The position numbers and the translations under genes were made by a program. A stretch of DNA of 32,000 bases, from positions 660,001-692,000 of the forward strand of contig NC_022359.1 in the NCBI RefSeq assembly GCF_000354175.2, in the 5' to 3' direction. Shown here one piece after another: positions 17,179 through 26,578 of this stretch (position 1 is its first letter; every line of letters starts with the position of its first letter). The DNA comes from Vibrio alginolyticus NBRC 15630 = ATCC 17749. GTDB lineage: Bacteria; Pseudomonadota; Gammaproteobacteria; Enterobacterales; Vibrionaceae. The notes beneath the pieces are model-generated. The model was not told the DNA's origin. It worked only from the letters and a program-made list of their open reading frames with translations, and made no database searches.

Positions 17179-18198
17179 ATGGCTCCGCAAACTAACCGAA
17201 AAGATTTACACCTAGATGCTGTTTTACATCATGAAATGAGCATGAAGCATAAAACGGCGGGTTTTGAGTCTGTCGAGTTTGAACACTGTGCGCTGCCAGA
17301 ATGTGACTTTCACGCGATCGATTTATCGACAGAGTTTCTTGGTCATCAATTAGCGCTACCGTTTTTGATTAGCTCGATGACTGGCGGAGCAAAAGACGCA
17401 GAAACGATCAATTGTCGTTTAGCTGAAGCAGCAAGTGAATTAGGTATTGCCATGGGTGTGGGCTCGCAACGGATTAGCTTAGAAGAAAGTCAGCATTCGG
17501 GCTTGGGTAAAACCATTCGTGAGTTGGCGAAAGAAGTACCGTTGTATTCCAATCTTGGAGCCGCTCAATTGCTCGATAAAGGTAAACTCGATAATGCGCA
17601 ACGTGCGGTTGAGGCGATTCAAGCCGATGCCTTGTTTGTGCACGTTAATCCAATGCAGGAAGCGTTTCAGAAAAATGGCGACCACAATTGGGTTGGTGTT
17701 TTCCAGGCAATTGAGATGCTTAAATCTCGCGTGAAGGTTCCTATCATTATCAAAGAAGTCGGTTTTGGTATTAGCGGACACGTTGCGCAGCGATTAATTG
17801 ATGCTGGTGTGGATGCAATTGACGTTGCGGGCGCGGGTGGCACAAGCTGGAGTGCGGTTGAAGGGTATTGCCAAGATAATCCGAAAATGCAGCGTGCAGC
17901 CGAGCTTTTCCGCGATTGGGGTGTCCCTACAGCAACATGTTTGGCTCAAATCCGCGCACTGCATCCTACATTACCCTTGATCGCCTCGGGAGGTGTTCAT
18001 AACGGACTTGAAGCGGCGAAAGCCATTCATTTGGGTGCTAATCTCATTGGGCAAGCTGGTGCGGTATTAAAAGCTGCGACGATCAGCACGCAGTCTGTCG
18101 TCGATCACTTTGAACAAATGGCATTAGAGCTGCGTTTAGCGTGCTTTGGTACTGGCTCTTTTAAGGTTGGTGAGCTAACAAAAGCGCGCTGCCTATAG
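17179..18198 (+). CDS. fni: Type 2 (FMN-dependent) isopentenyl-diphosphate delta-isomerase
   Basis: 339 aa with IDI-2 / FMN TIM-barrel motifs SSMTGG, GVGSQR, IIKEVGFG, DVAGAGGTSW and ASGGVHNG. Confidence 0.9.
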   Translation: MAPQTNRKDLHLDAVLHHEMSMKHKTAGFESVEFEHCALPECDFHAIDLSTEFLGHQLALPFLISSMTGGAKDAETINCRLAEAASELGIAMGVGSQRISLEESQHSGLGKTIRELAKEVPLYSNLGAAQLLDKGKLDNAQRAVEAIQADALFVHVNPMQEAFQKNGDHNWVGVFQAIEMLKSRVKVPIIIKEVGFGISGHVAQRLIDAGVDAIDVAGAGGTSWSAVEGYCQDNPKMQRAAELFRDWGVPTATCLAQIRALHPTLPLIASGGVHNGLEAAKAIHLGANLIGQAGAVLKAATISTQSVVDHFEQMALELRLACFGTGSFKVGELTKARCL

Positions 18199-18218
18199 CT
18201 TTTAGAATGGCGCGCTTT
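18181..18218 (+). terminator. GC-rich hairpin spanning the fni stop codon (possible terminator)
   Basis: AAAGCGCGC (18181-18189) pairs with GCGCGCTTT (18210-18218). The loop is 20 nt and contains the TAG stop. No real U-tract follows. Confidence 0.3.
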
Positions 18219-18392
18219 ACACAGAGTCGCTCAATAATTTTTCGGTGTCTTAACACGTAGACTGATAATTTCGTTATAGTTGATACAAAAGTCACTTCAG
18301 CTAGTGACGCCTTTATTCAGACACTTGAATGGGCATGTGTTGAAGAGATTGAGTTTAATTTTACTATTGTTTGCAACTGGAACCTTAAATTT

Positions 18393-18656
18393 ATGAAAAA
18401 ACTAGTCATGCTGATGTTGGCGGCTTCTGCTTTGACCGCTTGTAGTGATGAAGTGGGCACTGAAGGCTGGTGTAACGACATGCGCGATAAGCCAAAAACA
18501 GAATGGACAGCAGACAACGCGGTAGACTTTGCAAAGCATTGTGTTCTGCAAGATGGTGTCGGCAGCGAGCAATGGTGTGAAAACCTGAAAGATAAGCCGA
18601 AAGGTGACTGGACTGCAAACGAAGCGACCAGCTTTACTAAACACTGCATTTTTTAA
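18393..18656 (+). CDS. Small lipoprotein with two tandem Cys-containing modules (DUF3012-like)
   Basis: 87 aa with a signal peptide and lipobox (LAASALTAC). The module G[TS]E.WC.[ND][ML][RK]DKPK..WTA[DN].A..F.KHC occurs twice. A strong terminator lies downstream. The family name is from memory. Confidence 0.75.
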   Translation: MKKLVMLMLAASALTACSDEVGTEGWCNDMRDKPKTEWTADNAVDFAKHCVLQDGVGSEQWCENLKDKPKGDWTANEATSFTKHCIF

Positions 18657-18700
18657 GCACAGCGGAAAGCGCCTTTTCTGAGGCGACATTCTGTGAGGTA

Positions 18701-18730
18701 AACACCAAGCGTTATTGCTTGGTGTTTTTG
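18701..18730 (+). terminator. Rho-independent terminator of the lipoprotein gene
   Basis: AACACCAAGC (18701-10), loop GTTATT, GCTTGGTGTT (18717-26), then TTTG. Confidence 0.8.
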
Positions 18731-18908
18731 TATCTAAAATAGCTCGATTTTTCACGTGTCGAGCGCACTTCCCTCTGAATGGAATGTTTTACATTTTCGT
18801 TTCATTTTTGAAAACCTGTATTGCCTGTCTTTAATTTTTCGTATTGCAGTGGCATGGTGTCGAGATAGCCATCTAATTCAATTAGATTCATAACAAAAAG
18901 GAATTCAA

Positions 18909-19307
18909 ATGGAAGTACTAAAAGGCTCATGTCTGTGCGGCAAGGTAAAGTTGGAAGTGGCAGATGAATTTAAGTACATGGGAAATTGCCATTGCTCTGA
19001 ATGCCGCAAGTTCACAGGTTCTGACTATTCATCTGCCGGTGGTATTGCGTTGGATAAACTGCTTATTATCCAAGGGAAAGAAGATATTCAAACTTATCAG
19101 AAAAGCGAAAATACCATGCTATGCTTTTGTCGCCACTGCGGATCAAGTCTGTATTCGAAAAAGAACAATGGGATCGTCAATATTCGCCTTGGTATCTTGG
19201 ATGACACACCTTCTCACAAGCCTGATTTCCATATTTTTGTCGCGTCGAAAGCGCCGTGGCTCGAGATATCGGATAACCTGACTCAATTTGATGCTGGGCC
19301 AAAATAG
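18909..19307 (+). CDS. GFA-family (glutathione-dependent formaldehyde-activating / CENP-V-like) zinc protein
   Basis: 132 aa with an AAAGGA RBS. The Cys pattern is typical of GFA: CLCGKV ... CHCSECRK ... CRHCGS. Confidence 0.8.
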   Translation: MEVLKGSCLCGKVKLEVADEFKYMGNCHCSECRKFTGSDYSSAGGIALDKLLIIQGKEDIQTYQKSENTMLCFCRHCGSSLYSKKNNGIVNIRLGILDDTPSHKPDFHIFVASKAPWLEISDNLTQFDAGPK

Positions 19308-19332
19308 AGTTGTTGTAGATAAGTATTTAGAA

Positions 19333-19380
19333 ACAGAGCGCGTTACAATACGCTTGCGACACGCTCTGTGCTTTTACTTT
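19333..19380 (+). terminator. Hairpin terminator between the convergent GFA and rhodanese genes
   Basis: ACAGAGCG (19333-40) pairs with CGCTCTGT (19362-69) around a 21-nt loop, followed by GCTTTTACTTT. Confidence 0.5.
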
Positions 19381-19400
19381 GTATATTAGAACGGAGACGA

Positions 19401-19751
19401 CTATTTGGCGTTTTGTAGTTCTTCTAAGCCACCTGCATTGTGCAGATTCGTAAAGCCTTGCGATTGTAAGTATTGATACGCTTTGCCAGAGCGGTTACCA
19501 CTGCGACAGTACAACACGATAGCTTGATCTTTATCGACGTCTTGAAAATGTTTATCAAGTTCAGATAAAGGGAAGTTGACGGCATTATCCAAATGCCCTT
19601 CAGAAAACTCTTGCGGCGTACGCACATCGACAATCATCGCGCCCTCGTCAATCAATTGCCACCCTTGTTCAGCGCGTTCAGAAGCCGACACGTTGGGTGA
19701 GAGGAAGCCAACGCACAACGTTGCAAGAAATAGAGATACGGCCTTTTTCAT
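19401..19751 (-). CDS. Periplasmic single-domain rhodanese (PspE-like thiosulfate sulfurtransferase)
   Basis: 116 aa with a signal peptide (MKKAVSLFLATLCVGFLSPNVSA). It has a rhodanese fold with the active-site loop CRSGNRS, and its size and layout resemble E. coli PspE. Confidence 0.8.
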   Translation of the reverse strand: MKKAVSLFLATLCVGFLSPNVSASERAEQGWQLIDEGAMIVDVRTPQEFSEGHLDNAVNFPLSELDKHFQDVDKDQAIVLYCRSGNRSGKAYQYLQSQGFTNLHNAGGLEELQNAK

Positions 19752-19898
19752 TGTTTGATTATCCTTTTTAAGAGTACGTAACCACTCTAGATTTGATTGA
19801 GCATATTTTCCATCATAAAGAGATGCTAAGTGGTTGTGAATACGATAATTCGATAGAAAATTTTATTTAATTTAATAAAAATTTTTATCAAATTCACC

Positions 19899-19926
19899 TC
19901 TTGAACTCTCATTTTTCGACCTTATT
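19899..19926 (+). promoter_or_regulatory. Candidate sigma32 heat-shock promoter of groES-groEL
   Basis: CTTGAA (19899-19904) and CCTTATTA (19919-19926), compared with the consensus CTTGAAA-N13-15-CCCCATNT. It lies about 90 nt upstream of groES. The -10 match is partial. Confidence 0.4.
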
Positions 19927-20017
19927 ATTTTCATCGAAAGCGAGCTGTCGACTCGCAAATCCATCTTGATGTTTATTTTGTCTTTTATTTTTGGTTCCAA
20001 GTAGGAGGCACTTAAAA

Positions 20018-20308
20018 ATGAAAATTCGTCCTTTAAATGACAAGCTAATTGTTGAAAGACAAGAGGTGGAAAATAAATCTGAAGGGGGAATCGTTTTAAC
20101 TTCTCAGTCGGTGAAAAAATCAAACCGCGGGAAAGTCATTGCTGTTGGTTTAGGTAAACGTCTTGAAAATGGCGAACGCGCTGCGATGGAAGTCAAAGTG
20201 GGCGACCAAATCATTTTCAATGACGGTTACGGCGTGAAAACCGAGAAAATTGACGGCGCAGAATACTTAATTCTGTCCGAATCTGATGTGTTAGCAATCG
20301 TTGAGTAA
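20018..20308 (+). CDS. groES: Co-chaperonin GroES (second-copy type)
   Basis: 96 aa from the ATG at 20018, with AGGAGG 9 nt upstream. The sequence [28 protein letters not shown]... is GroES-like. The track start at 19991 (TTG) is not used. Confidence 0.95.
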   Translation: MKIRPLNDKLIVERQEVENKSEGGIVLTSQSVKKSNRGKVIAVGLGKRLENGERAAMEVKVGDQIIFNDGYGVKTEKIDGAEYLILSESDVLAIVE

Positions 20309-20323
20309 TTATTTTTGTAGTAG

Positions 20324-21940
<1,617 letters not shown>

Positions 21941-22000
21941 CGTCATCAATCGTTAGTGATTAAGTAAGCGTTAAAATAACAATAACATTGCAAAACCTAA

Positions 22001-22020
22001 GCGGGCTCGCTTGAGCCCGC
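22001..22020 (+). terminator. Perfect 8-bp GC hairpin after groEL (no U-tract)
   Basis: GCGGGCTC-GCTT-GAGCCCGC, 60 nt after the groEL stop. It is followed by TAATCAG, so it may be a leaky terminator or an RNA-stabilising hairpin. Confidence 0.5.
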
Positions 22021-22045
22021 TAATCAGTCATTTGAGGTAAGTGTT

Positions 22046-22255
22046 ATGACCCGTTTACCTGCGTTTTCTTTCTCAATATCTGAGCCGGGCGGTAATGAAG
22101 CTTCGTCAACGTGGCCGACTGCTATTCACTTCCCCCTCGTTCCAGCTGGGCCAGAGTTTTCGATCGAAAATGCTCTGCCTAAACGTCCGACAGTGACGAT
22201 ATTCACTATCGATCTGTCTCAGTTATTTAAAGGGGACGCTCGGGTCATCCATTAA
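22046..22255 (+). CDS. Hypothetical 69-aa ORF (coding status uncertain)
   Basis: GAGG lies 8 nt upstream of the ATG and a canonical terminator sits just downstream. However, there is no recognisable family, there are several codons I judge unusual for this window (ATA x2, GGG x2, CGG, CCC, CTC), and two strong internal hairpins are present. Confidence 0.3.
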   Translation: MTRLPAFSFSISEPGGNEASSTWPTAIHFPLVPAGPEFSIENALPKRPTVTIFTIDLSQLFKGDARVIH

Positions 22256-22264
22256 CTGTATCGA

Positions 22265-22293
22265 AACAGCCAGCGCACGTTGGCTGTTTTTTT
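22265..22293 (+). terminator. Canonical rho-independent terminator
   Basis: AACAGCCA-GCGCACGT-TGGCTGTT followed by a T7 run. Confidence 0.85.
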
Positions 22294-22386
22294 CTAATTT
22301 AAAGTATTGATAATGTAGATTTTTATTTGATTACTGCCACTTGTTCAATGATCAATTTGAACTGGGGTAATCGGACCGCAAGCGCA

Positions 22387-22998
22387 CTACACCTTTAAGC
22401 CCAGCATTGCGCCGAAAATGATCAATCCCGCCCCACATGCTTGATTGAGTCGATGCTTAATCTTCAACAAGAAAGCTTGTAGCTGGGATGACGTGAATAA
22501 AACAGCAACGATAGAAAACCAAATACCATGCAGCGCAATCATATAAATCCCGTAAAAAAAGGCGATGTGTTGCTGATTAGAGTCGGGAGAAATCACTTGG
22601 CTAAAAATACTCAGAAAAAACAGCATCGTCTTGGGATTGAGTAAATTACACAGAAATCCCTGCATGAAAAATCGCCACATTGAATACTCGCTCTGTTGAA
22701 TGGTTTCTGAGTTTGACGCAGGCTGCGAGGAGAATATTCCTTTAATCCCAAGGTAGACAAGATAAGCGGCCCCAAGATAGCGCACGAGATTAAACAACCA
22801 TTCATTTTGTGAAGTTAAGTAACTGATCCCCAGCATGGAGTATGCGATGTGGATGCTGATCGCCATGCTGATACCAATCGCACTGTACACGCCTGCTTTT
22901 CGTCCTTGATTTAAGCTATTTCTTAATACCAAAACAAAGTCTGCGCCAGGGCTAATAACAATAAGCACACCTAATAACGCAAGAGTTACAAATTCCAT
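22387..22998 (-). CDS. LysE/RhtB-family amino-acid exporter
   Basis: 203 aa with about 6 TM helices. The N-terminus MEFVTLALLGVLIVISPGADFVLVLRNSL... is typical of the LysE family. It is divergent from a LysR regulator. Confidence 0.85.
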   Translation of the reverse strand: MEFVTLALLGVLIVISPGADFVLVLRNSLNQGRKAGVYSAIGISMAISIHIAYSMLGISYLTSQNEWLFNLVRYLGAAYLVYLGIKGIFSSQPASNSETIQQSEYSMWRFFMQGFLCNLLNPKTMLFFLSIFSQVISPDSNQQHIAFFYGIYMIALHGIWFSIVAVLFTSSQLQAFLLKIKHRLNQACGAGLIIFGAMLGLKV

Positions 22999-23055
22999 AT
23001 CGATTTCCTGTTTGAATGATGAAGTCTGGGATGTAGCGGAATTGTAGGCGTCTTT

Positions 23056-23070
23056 ATTACTGACTATAAT
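23056..23070. promoter_or_regulatory. Candidate LysR-type (T-N11-A) binding box
   Basis: ATTA-CTGACTA-TAAT dyad in the 109-bp gap between the LysE and LysR genes. The sequence is AT-rich, so a chance occurrence is plausible. Confidence 0.3.
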
Positions 23071-23107
23071 CGAAAAATATTCCCATATTGGTGAGAAAAA
23101 CTCACAG

Positions 23108-23998
23108 ATGCGTCACCTGAAATCTTTTTATGTCTTCCACGTTGCGGCGAGTTCTTCAAGCTACACTGAAGCGGCTGACAAACTGAACATTACCCACGGA
23201 GCCGTGAGTAAGCAGATCAAGCAACTTGAGCAATATCTGTCTCAACCTTTGTTCTTCAAAGAGGGCAGGAAAGTCGTGTTGACGGCAGAAGGCGAATTAC
23301 TCAAGACATACACAGAAACGGCATTCCAAACGCTAGAAAAAGGCGTGAATACGCTTATGCAAGAGAAGCATCAGCATCTTGAAGTGTCTTGTGAACCGAC
23401 ATTAACCATGCGCTGGTTGATGCCAAGGTTGGCCGCGTTTAATGATGAACACCGTGCTGATGTTCGTTTGTCGACGGCTGGTGGCCCGGTAACATTAGGA
23501 TCAACTGGGCTTTCGATGGCGATTCGTCGAGACGATTTTGCGCAGCATCACGATTACGACAAAACCATTCTTGTGGAAGAGTGGGTGGGGCCGGTATTTT
23601 CTCCTGAGTATTGGCAATCCATTAAAGACAATTTGAAAGCAGCTCGATTGTTGAATAGCCAAACCAGACCGAATGCTTGGGCGGATTGGCAGCAATCAAC
23701 ACGTTGTGAAACTTTCAACGGCAACACTCAGCAATCATTCACGCATTTTTATTTTTGCATACAAGCAGCGGTGGATGGCTTAGGCGTCGCAATGGGATCG
23801 TATCCTTTTGTCATGGACGATATTAAGCGTGGTAATTTGGTCGCACCATTTGGGTTTTCTCCATCAAGTTGCAATTACGTTTTATTGAGTCAAGATAAAA
23901 AGCGTACAGAACTCGAACATAAATTTATCACGTGGTTACAAACGCAAATGGCAGAGTGTGTGCCACTGTCATCACAGCAGATTACGCAAGGCGAATAG
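23108..23998 (+). CDS. LysR-family transcriptional regulator (GcvA-like)
   Basis: 296 aa with an N-terminal wHTH (SYTEAADKLNITHGAVSKQIKQLEQYL..PLFFKEGRKVVLTAEG) and a C-terminal substrate-binding domain. Confidence 0.9.
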   Translation: MRHLKSFYVFHVAASSSSYTEAADKLNITHGAVSKQIKQLEQYLSQPLFFKEGRKVVLTAEGELLKTYTETAFQTLEKGVNTLMQEKHQHLEVSCEPTLTMRWLMPRLAAFNDEHRADVRLSTAGGPVTLGSTGLSMAIRRDDFAQHHDYDKTILVEEWVGPVFSPEYWQSIKDNLKAARLLNSQTRPNAWADWQQSTRCETFNGNTQQSFTHFYFCIQAAVDGLGVAMGSYPFVMDDIKRGNLVAPFGFSPSSCNYVLLSQDKKRTELEHKFITWLQTQMAECVPLSSQQITQGE

Positions 23999-24057
23999 AA
24001 GGCATAGAGCGAGATTACGTCAGTCAGTTTTATGGAAAAAGGCTTAGGAAATTGGAA

Positions 24058-24429
24058 ATGGAAAACCTCAATATTGTTGAAATCAAATCATTTGTTCCGG
24101 CGAAAGATTACGCGCTATCAAAACGTTTTTATGAGGCGATTGGCTTTGAAATGGCATCGGACTTCGGTGATGTAGCATACTTCTCTCAAGGTAGCTGCGC
24201 GTTTCTTTTACAGAATTTTTATGAGCCAGAACACGGCAATAACTTCATGATGCACTTGCTCGTAGAAGACGCAGAAAGCTGGCATCAGCACTTATCCAAA
24301 GTGGGTCATGAAGAATTTGGTTCGCGTTTGACTGAGCTGGTCGAGCAACCTTGGGGCATGCGCGAATGTTGTTTGTTTGACCCTAGTGGCGTTTTATGGC
24401 GAATTGGCCAGAACACGAATACTGACTAA
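24058..24429 (+). CDS. VOC-family (glyoxalase/bleomycin-resistance fold) protein
   Basis: 123 aa from the ATG at 24058, with AGGAA 7 nt upstream. The sequence runs MENLNIVEIKSFVPAKDYALSKRFYEAIGF... to ...WGMRECCLFDPSGVLWRIGQ. The longer track ORF (23932) overlaps lysR and is not used. Confidence 0.75.
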   Translation: MENLNIVEIKSFVPAKDYALSKRFYEAIGFEMASDFGDVAYFSQGSCAFLLQNFYEPEHGNNFMMHLLVEDAESWHQHLSKVGHEEFGSRLTELVEQPWGMRECCLFDPSGVLWRIGQNTNTD

Positions 24430-24454
24430 CGCCAGTCTTATTTTCACCACATCT

Positions 24455-24498
24455 ACGCGCAGGTATTGAGATCTCGATATCTGCGCGTTTTCTTTTTT
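24455..24498 (+). terminator. Rho-independent terminator after the VOC gene
   Basis: ACGCGCAG (24455-62) pairs with CTGCGCGT (24481-88), followed by TTTTCTTTTTT. Confidence 0.8.
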
Positions 24499-24527
24499 AC
24501 TTAGCCTTGCCAACGTTTGTAGCGCAC

Positions 24528-24749
24528 TCACGCCTTTTTCGAGGTGGTGTGCGATGGGCTAACGCCAAAAAGCTCCTCAAGCAGCATGGCTTTGAGTTCT
24601 GCTCTGACTTCTGCGCCACCGATTAACGCCAAAAGTGCGAGTCCTCCTGGAATAAGGATGACCATTAATATCGGTCTTAAAATATACGAAAAGCAGAAGA
24701 TGGTCGGGAAGAAAATCAATCCTTGGCCTAGTTTGTTTAATACGTACAT
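24528..24749 (-). CDS. Small two-TM membrane protein, divergent from the TetR regulator
   Basis: 73 aa with two hydrophobic helices (GLIFFPTIFCFSYIL; ILMVILIPGGLALLALIGG) and a charged tail. No family recognised. Confidence 0.5.
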   Translation of the reverse strand: MYVLNKLGQGLIFFPTIFCFSYILRPILMVILIPGGLALLALIGGAEVRAELKAMLLEELFGVSPSHTTSKKA

Positions 24750-24777
24750 GAGCGATTCCTTTTGTTTTTATATAAAA

Positions 24778-24811
24778 TGAGCATGCTCAATTTTATAAAT
24801 GAGCGCGCTCA
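24778..24811. promoter_or_regulatory. Twin palindromic operators (likely TetR binding sites)
   Basis: AAATGAGCATGCTCAATTT and AAATGAGCGCGCTCAATTT. The perfect 12-bp palindromes TGAGCATGCTCA (24778-89) and TGAGCGCGCTCA (24800-11) are 22 bp apart centre to centre. They lie in the 122-bp divergent gap. Confidence 0.65.
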
Positions 24812-24871
24812 ATTTGTCAATCTCAACCACGCAAGGTATGATCCTTTCAGGCTCATTAAGCAGACACATCA

Positions 24872-25399
24872 ATGACGAAGCGACAACAAACCAGAGATAA
24901 AATTCTAAAAGCCGCATGGGCATCTTTTGCTCAAAATGGCTATGACATGACGACCACAAGGCAGATAGCGAGAGAAGCAGGAGTAGCCGATGGCACAGTG
25001 TTTAGCCATTTCCCGACTAAACTGTCGATTTTGCGCGAAGGGATGCTGGCGCAACTGCAACAGATCAGCCAAGAAACGCTAGTCAGTGTGGAAGGTAAAA
25101 CCGATATCGACATTGGTTTGGCGCTGACGGAGAAATACTATCGCTACTATTTTGCGAACGTTGAGCTGAGCCGAGCTTTGTTGAAAGAAGTGATTTGGGA
25201 TTTGGATTATTATCAGTCGTTTAACCAAGCTTTGTTTCAATCTGTAAACGGAAGCTCCGTCCTTGAGGGAAAAATACCGCTGATTTTTGACTGCTATTTT
25301 ATGACGTTAATCTCGCACTTGAGCCGTGCAGAACCGGATGTTGAAGCGGCACTTGAAGAGCTTCATGCTAAGTTTCAGCAAATCATTGCGACTGCATAA
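24872..25399 (+). CDS. TetR/AcrR-family transcriptional regulator
   Basis: 175 aa with the N-terminal HTH RDKILKAAWASFAQNGYDMTTTRQIAREAGVADGTVFSHFPTK. Confidence 0.9.
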   Translation: MTKRQQTRDKILKAAWASFAQNGYDMTTTRQIAREAGVADGTVFSHFPTKLSILREGMLAQLQQISQETLVSVEGKTDIDIGLALTEKYYRYYFANVELSRALLKEVIWDLDYYQSFNQALFQSVNGSSVLEGKIPLIFDCYFMTLISHLSRAEPDVEAALEELHAKFQQIIATA

Positions 25400-25443
25400 C
25401 ATGGCCCCAACGCAGGATCTGAAAGAATATACTGCCTGTCATC

Positions 25444-26508
25444 TTATTTGCTGGACTCCCATTTTCTCGTTTCAGTTGGCGTCTCACCAAATAGCCGCTT
25501 GTAGCTTTGACTGAACTGCCCGAGATGGAAAAAACCAAAGTCAAAAGCAATTTCTGCAATTGTTCGATTATCTTCAGGGCTTTGTAGCACTCTACGTACT
25601 TGATTCAGGCGCATTCGATGTATGAACTGCTTTGGGGAAGTATTACAGCAATGTTCAAAGGTGTACTGTAGTGTGCGACGACTGACGTGTACTGCGTCAC
25701 ACAGTTCACTGACGGTTATTGGTGTACGGTAGTCTAGATCCTGTAGCTGTTGTTTTATACGCTGCATCACGTGTTGACGATGAGAGATTGATATCGGATG
25801 GCTCGTGTGCAGTGAACTGAGTGAGAACAACTCCAGCACAATGTCTTTTAAGATTGCTTGATGTGTGGTTTCAGACCATCTTGGCTCGGCGGAACCAAGT
25901 AACGTGCCTAAGTAGTATTTAAGTTGTTGAATGTGTTTTTCCGTCAAACCCGTTAAGTGAAATATGTTGTTCTGGATACTCCCAAGCTCAAGTTGATTTT
26001 CTATGATGTGAACGAAGTTTTTGTCGAGCACTATTCCATAGATAGAAAACTGCTCCGGTGTCATTAACTCAAAATCAGCGCCACCTTGCCTAAGCAAAAG
26101 CTGGCTTGAATTAAACTGACTGTGATTTAGGTGTAGCGGCTTATTTTCCGCACTCAAACCCAACCAAATACCTCCCTCTTCAACCCTGCATTGCTGTCTT
26201 AGCGAGCGGTTACTGTCTTCACGAAACACATGGAAATTGGGAAATCGTCGTTCTCGAATTTGACCTAAAAATCGACCATCGCTGAGTTGGTCATATTCCT
26301 GTTGCCAGTTTATCAGACTCGCAGCTTGTTGGTTTGCATCCTTAGTGTGATGGATGCACAGCATTGGTGCAGTTTGGGGCATTTGGTTACTCATCCTTGT
26401 GATGCTCATTCCTTTTTTGTGAGTCATGTTGGAGCAGTATTTACATAACTCATTGTTTATTATTGGTTTATAAATGTTGCCAGTTTTTGATAACGCTACG
26501 GAACACAT
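25444..26508 (-). CDS. eutR: AraC-family ethanolamine operon regulator EutR
   Basis: C-terminal AraC HTH (VSELCDAVHVSRRTLQYTF...PKQFIHRMRLNQVRRVL...IAEIAFDFGFFHLGQFSQSYKRLFGE). The N-domain segment WQQEYDQLSDGRF parallels E. coli EutR (WQQIYDQLHPGKF, from memory). It is divergent from eutB. The start is ambiguous: 26508, 26409, 26394 or 26385. Confidence 0.8.
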   Translation of the reverse strand: MCSVALSKTGNIYKPIINNELCKYCSNMTHKKGMSITRMSNQMPQTAPMLCIHHTKDANQQAASLINWQQEYDQLSDGRFLGQIRERRFPNFHVFREDSNRSLRQQCRVEEGGIWLGLSAENKPLHLNHSQFNSSQLLLRQGGADFELMTPEQFSIYGIVLDKNFVHIIENQLELGSIQNNIFHLTGLTEKHIQQLKYYLGTLLGSAEPRWSETTHQAILKDIVLELFSLSSLHTSHPISISHRQHVMQRIKQQLQDLDYRTPITVSELCDAVHVSRRTLQYTFEHCCNTSPKQFIHRMRLNQVRRVLQSPEDNRTIAEIAFDFGFFHLGQFSQSYKRLFGETPTETRKWESSK

Positions 26509-26578
26509 TTGGCAATACTTTCTTAAAGCTTATTGATAGTTCAGCAAAAAGCGAACCAAATAGTGAAGAGGAAGAGCA

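Noticed and set aside
18317-18755. 110-aa and 117-aa ORFs antisense to the small lipoprotein gene.
   Set aside because: The plus-strand ORF has a signal peptide, a lipobox, an internally duplicated module and a downstream terminator. The antisense products have none of these and would run through that terminator.
22046-22248. An 8-bp inverted repeat (ATGACCCG / CGGGTCAT) enclosing hairpins, reminiscent of the a1/a2 repeats of a retron msr-msd or of a riboswitch P1 stem.
   Set aside because: No reverse transcriptase or other partner gene is adjacent. I could not match any riboswitch consensus from memory (TPP, cobalamin, c-di-GMP, glycine, ZTP, fluoride). An 8-bp match within ~200 nt is expected by chance fairly often. 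It is kept only as part of a lower-confidence finding.
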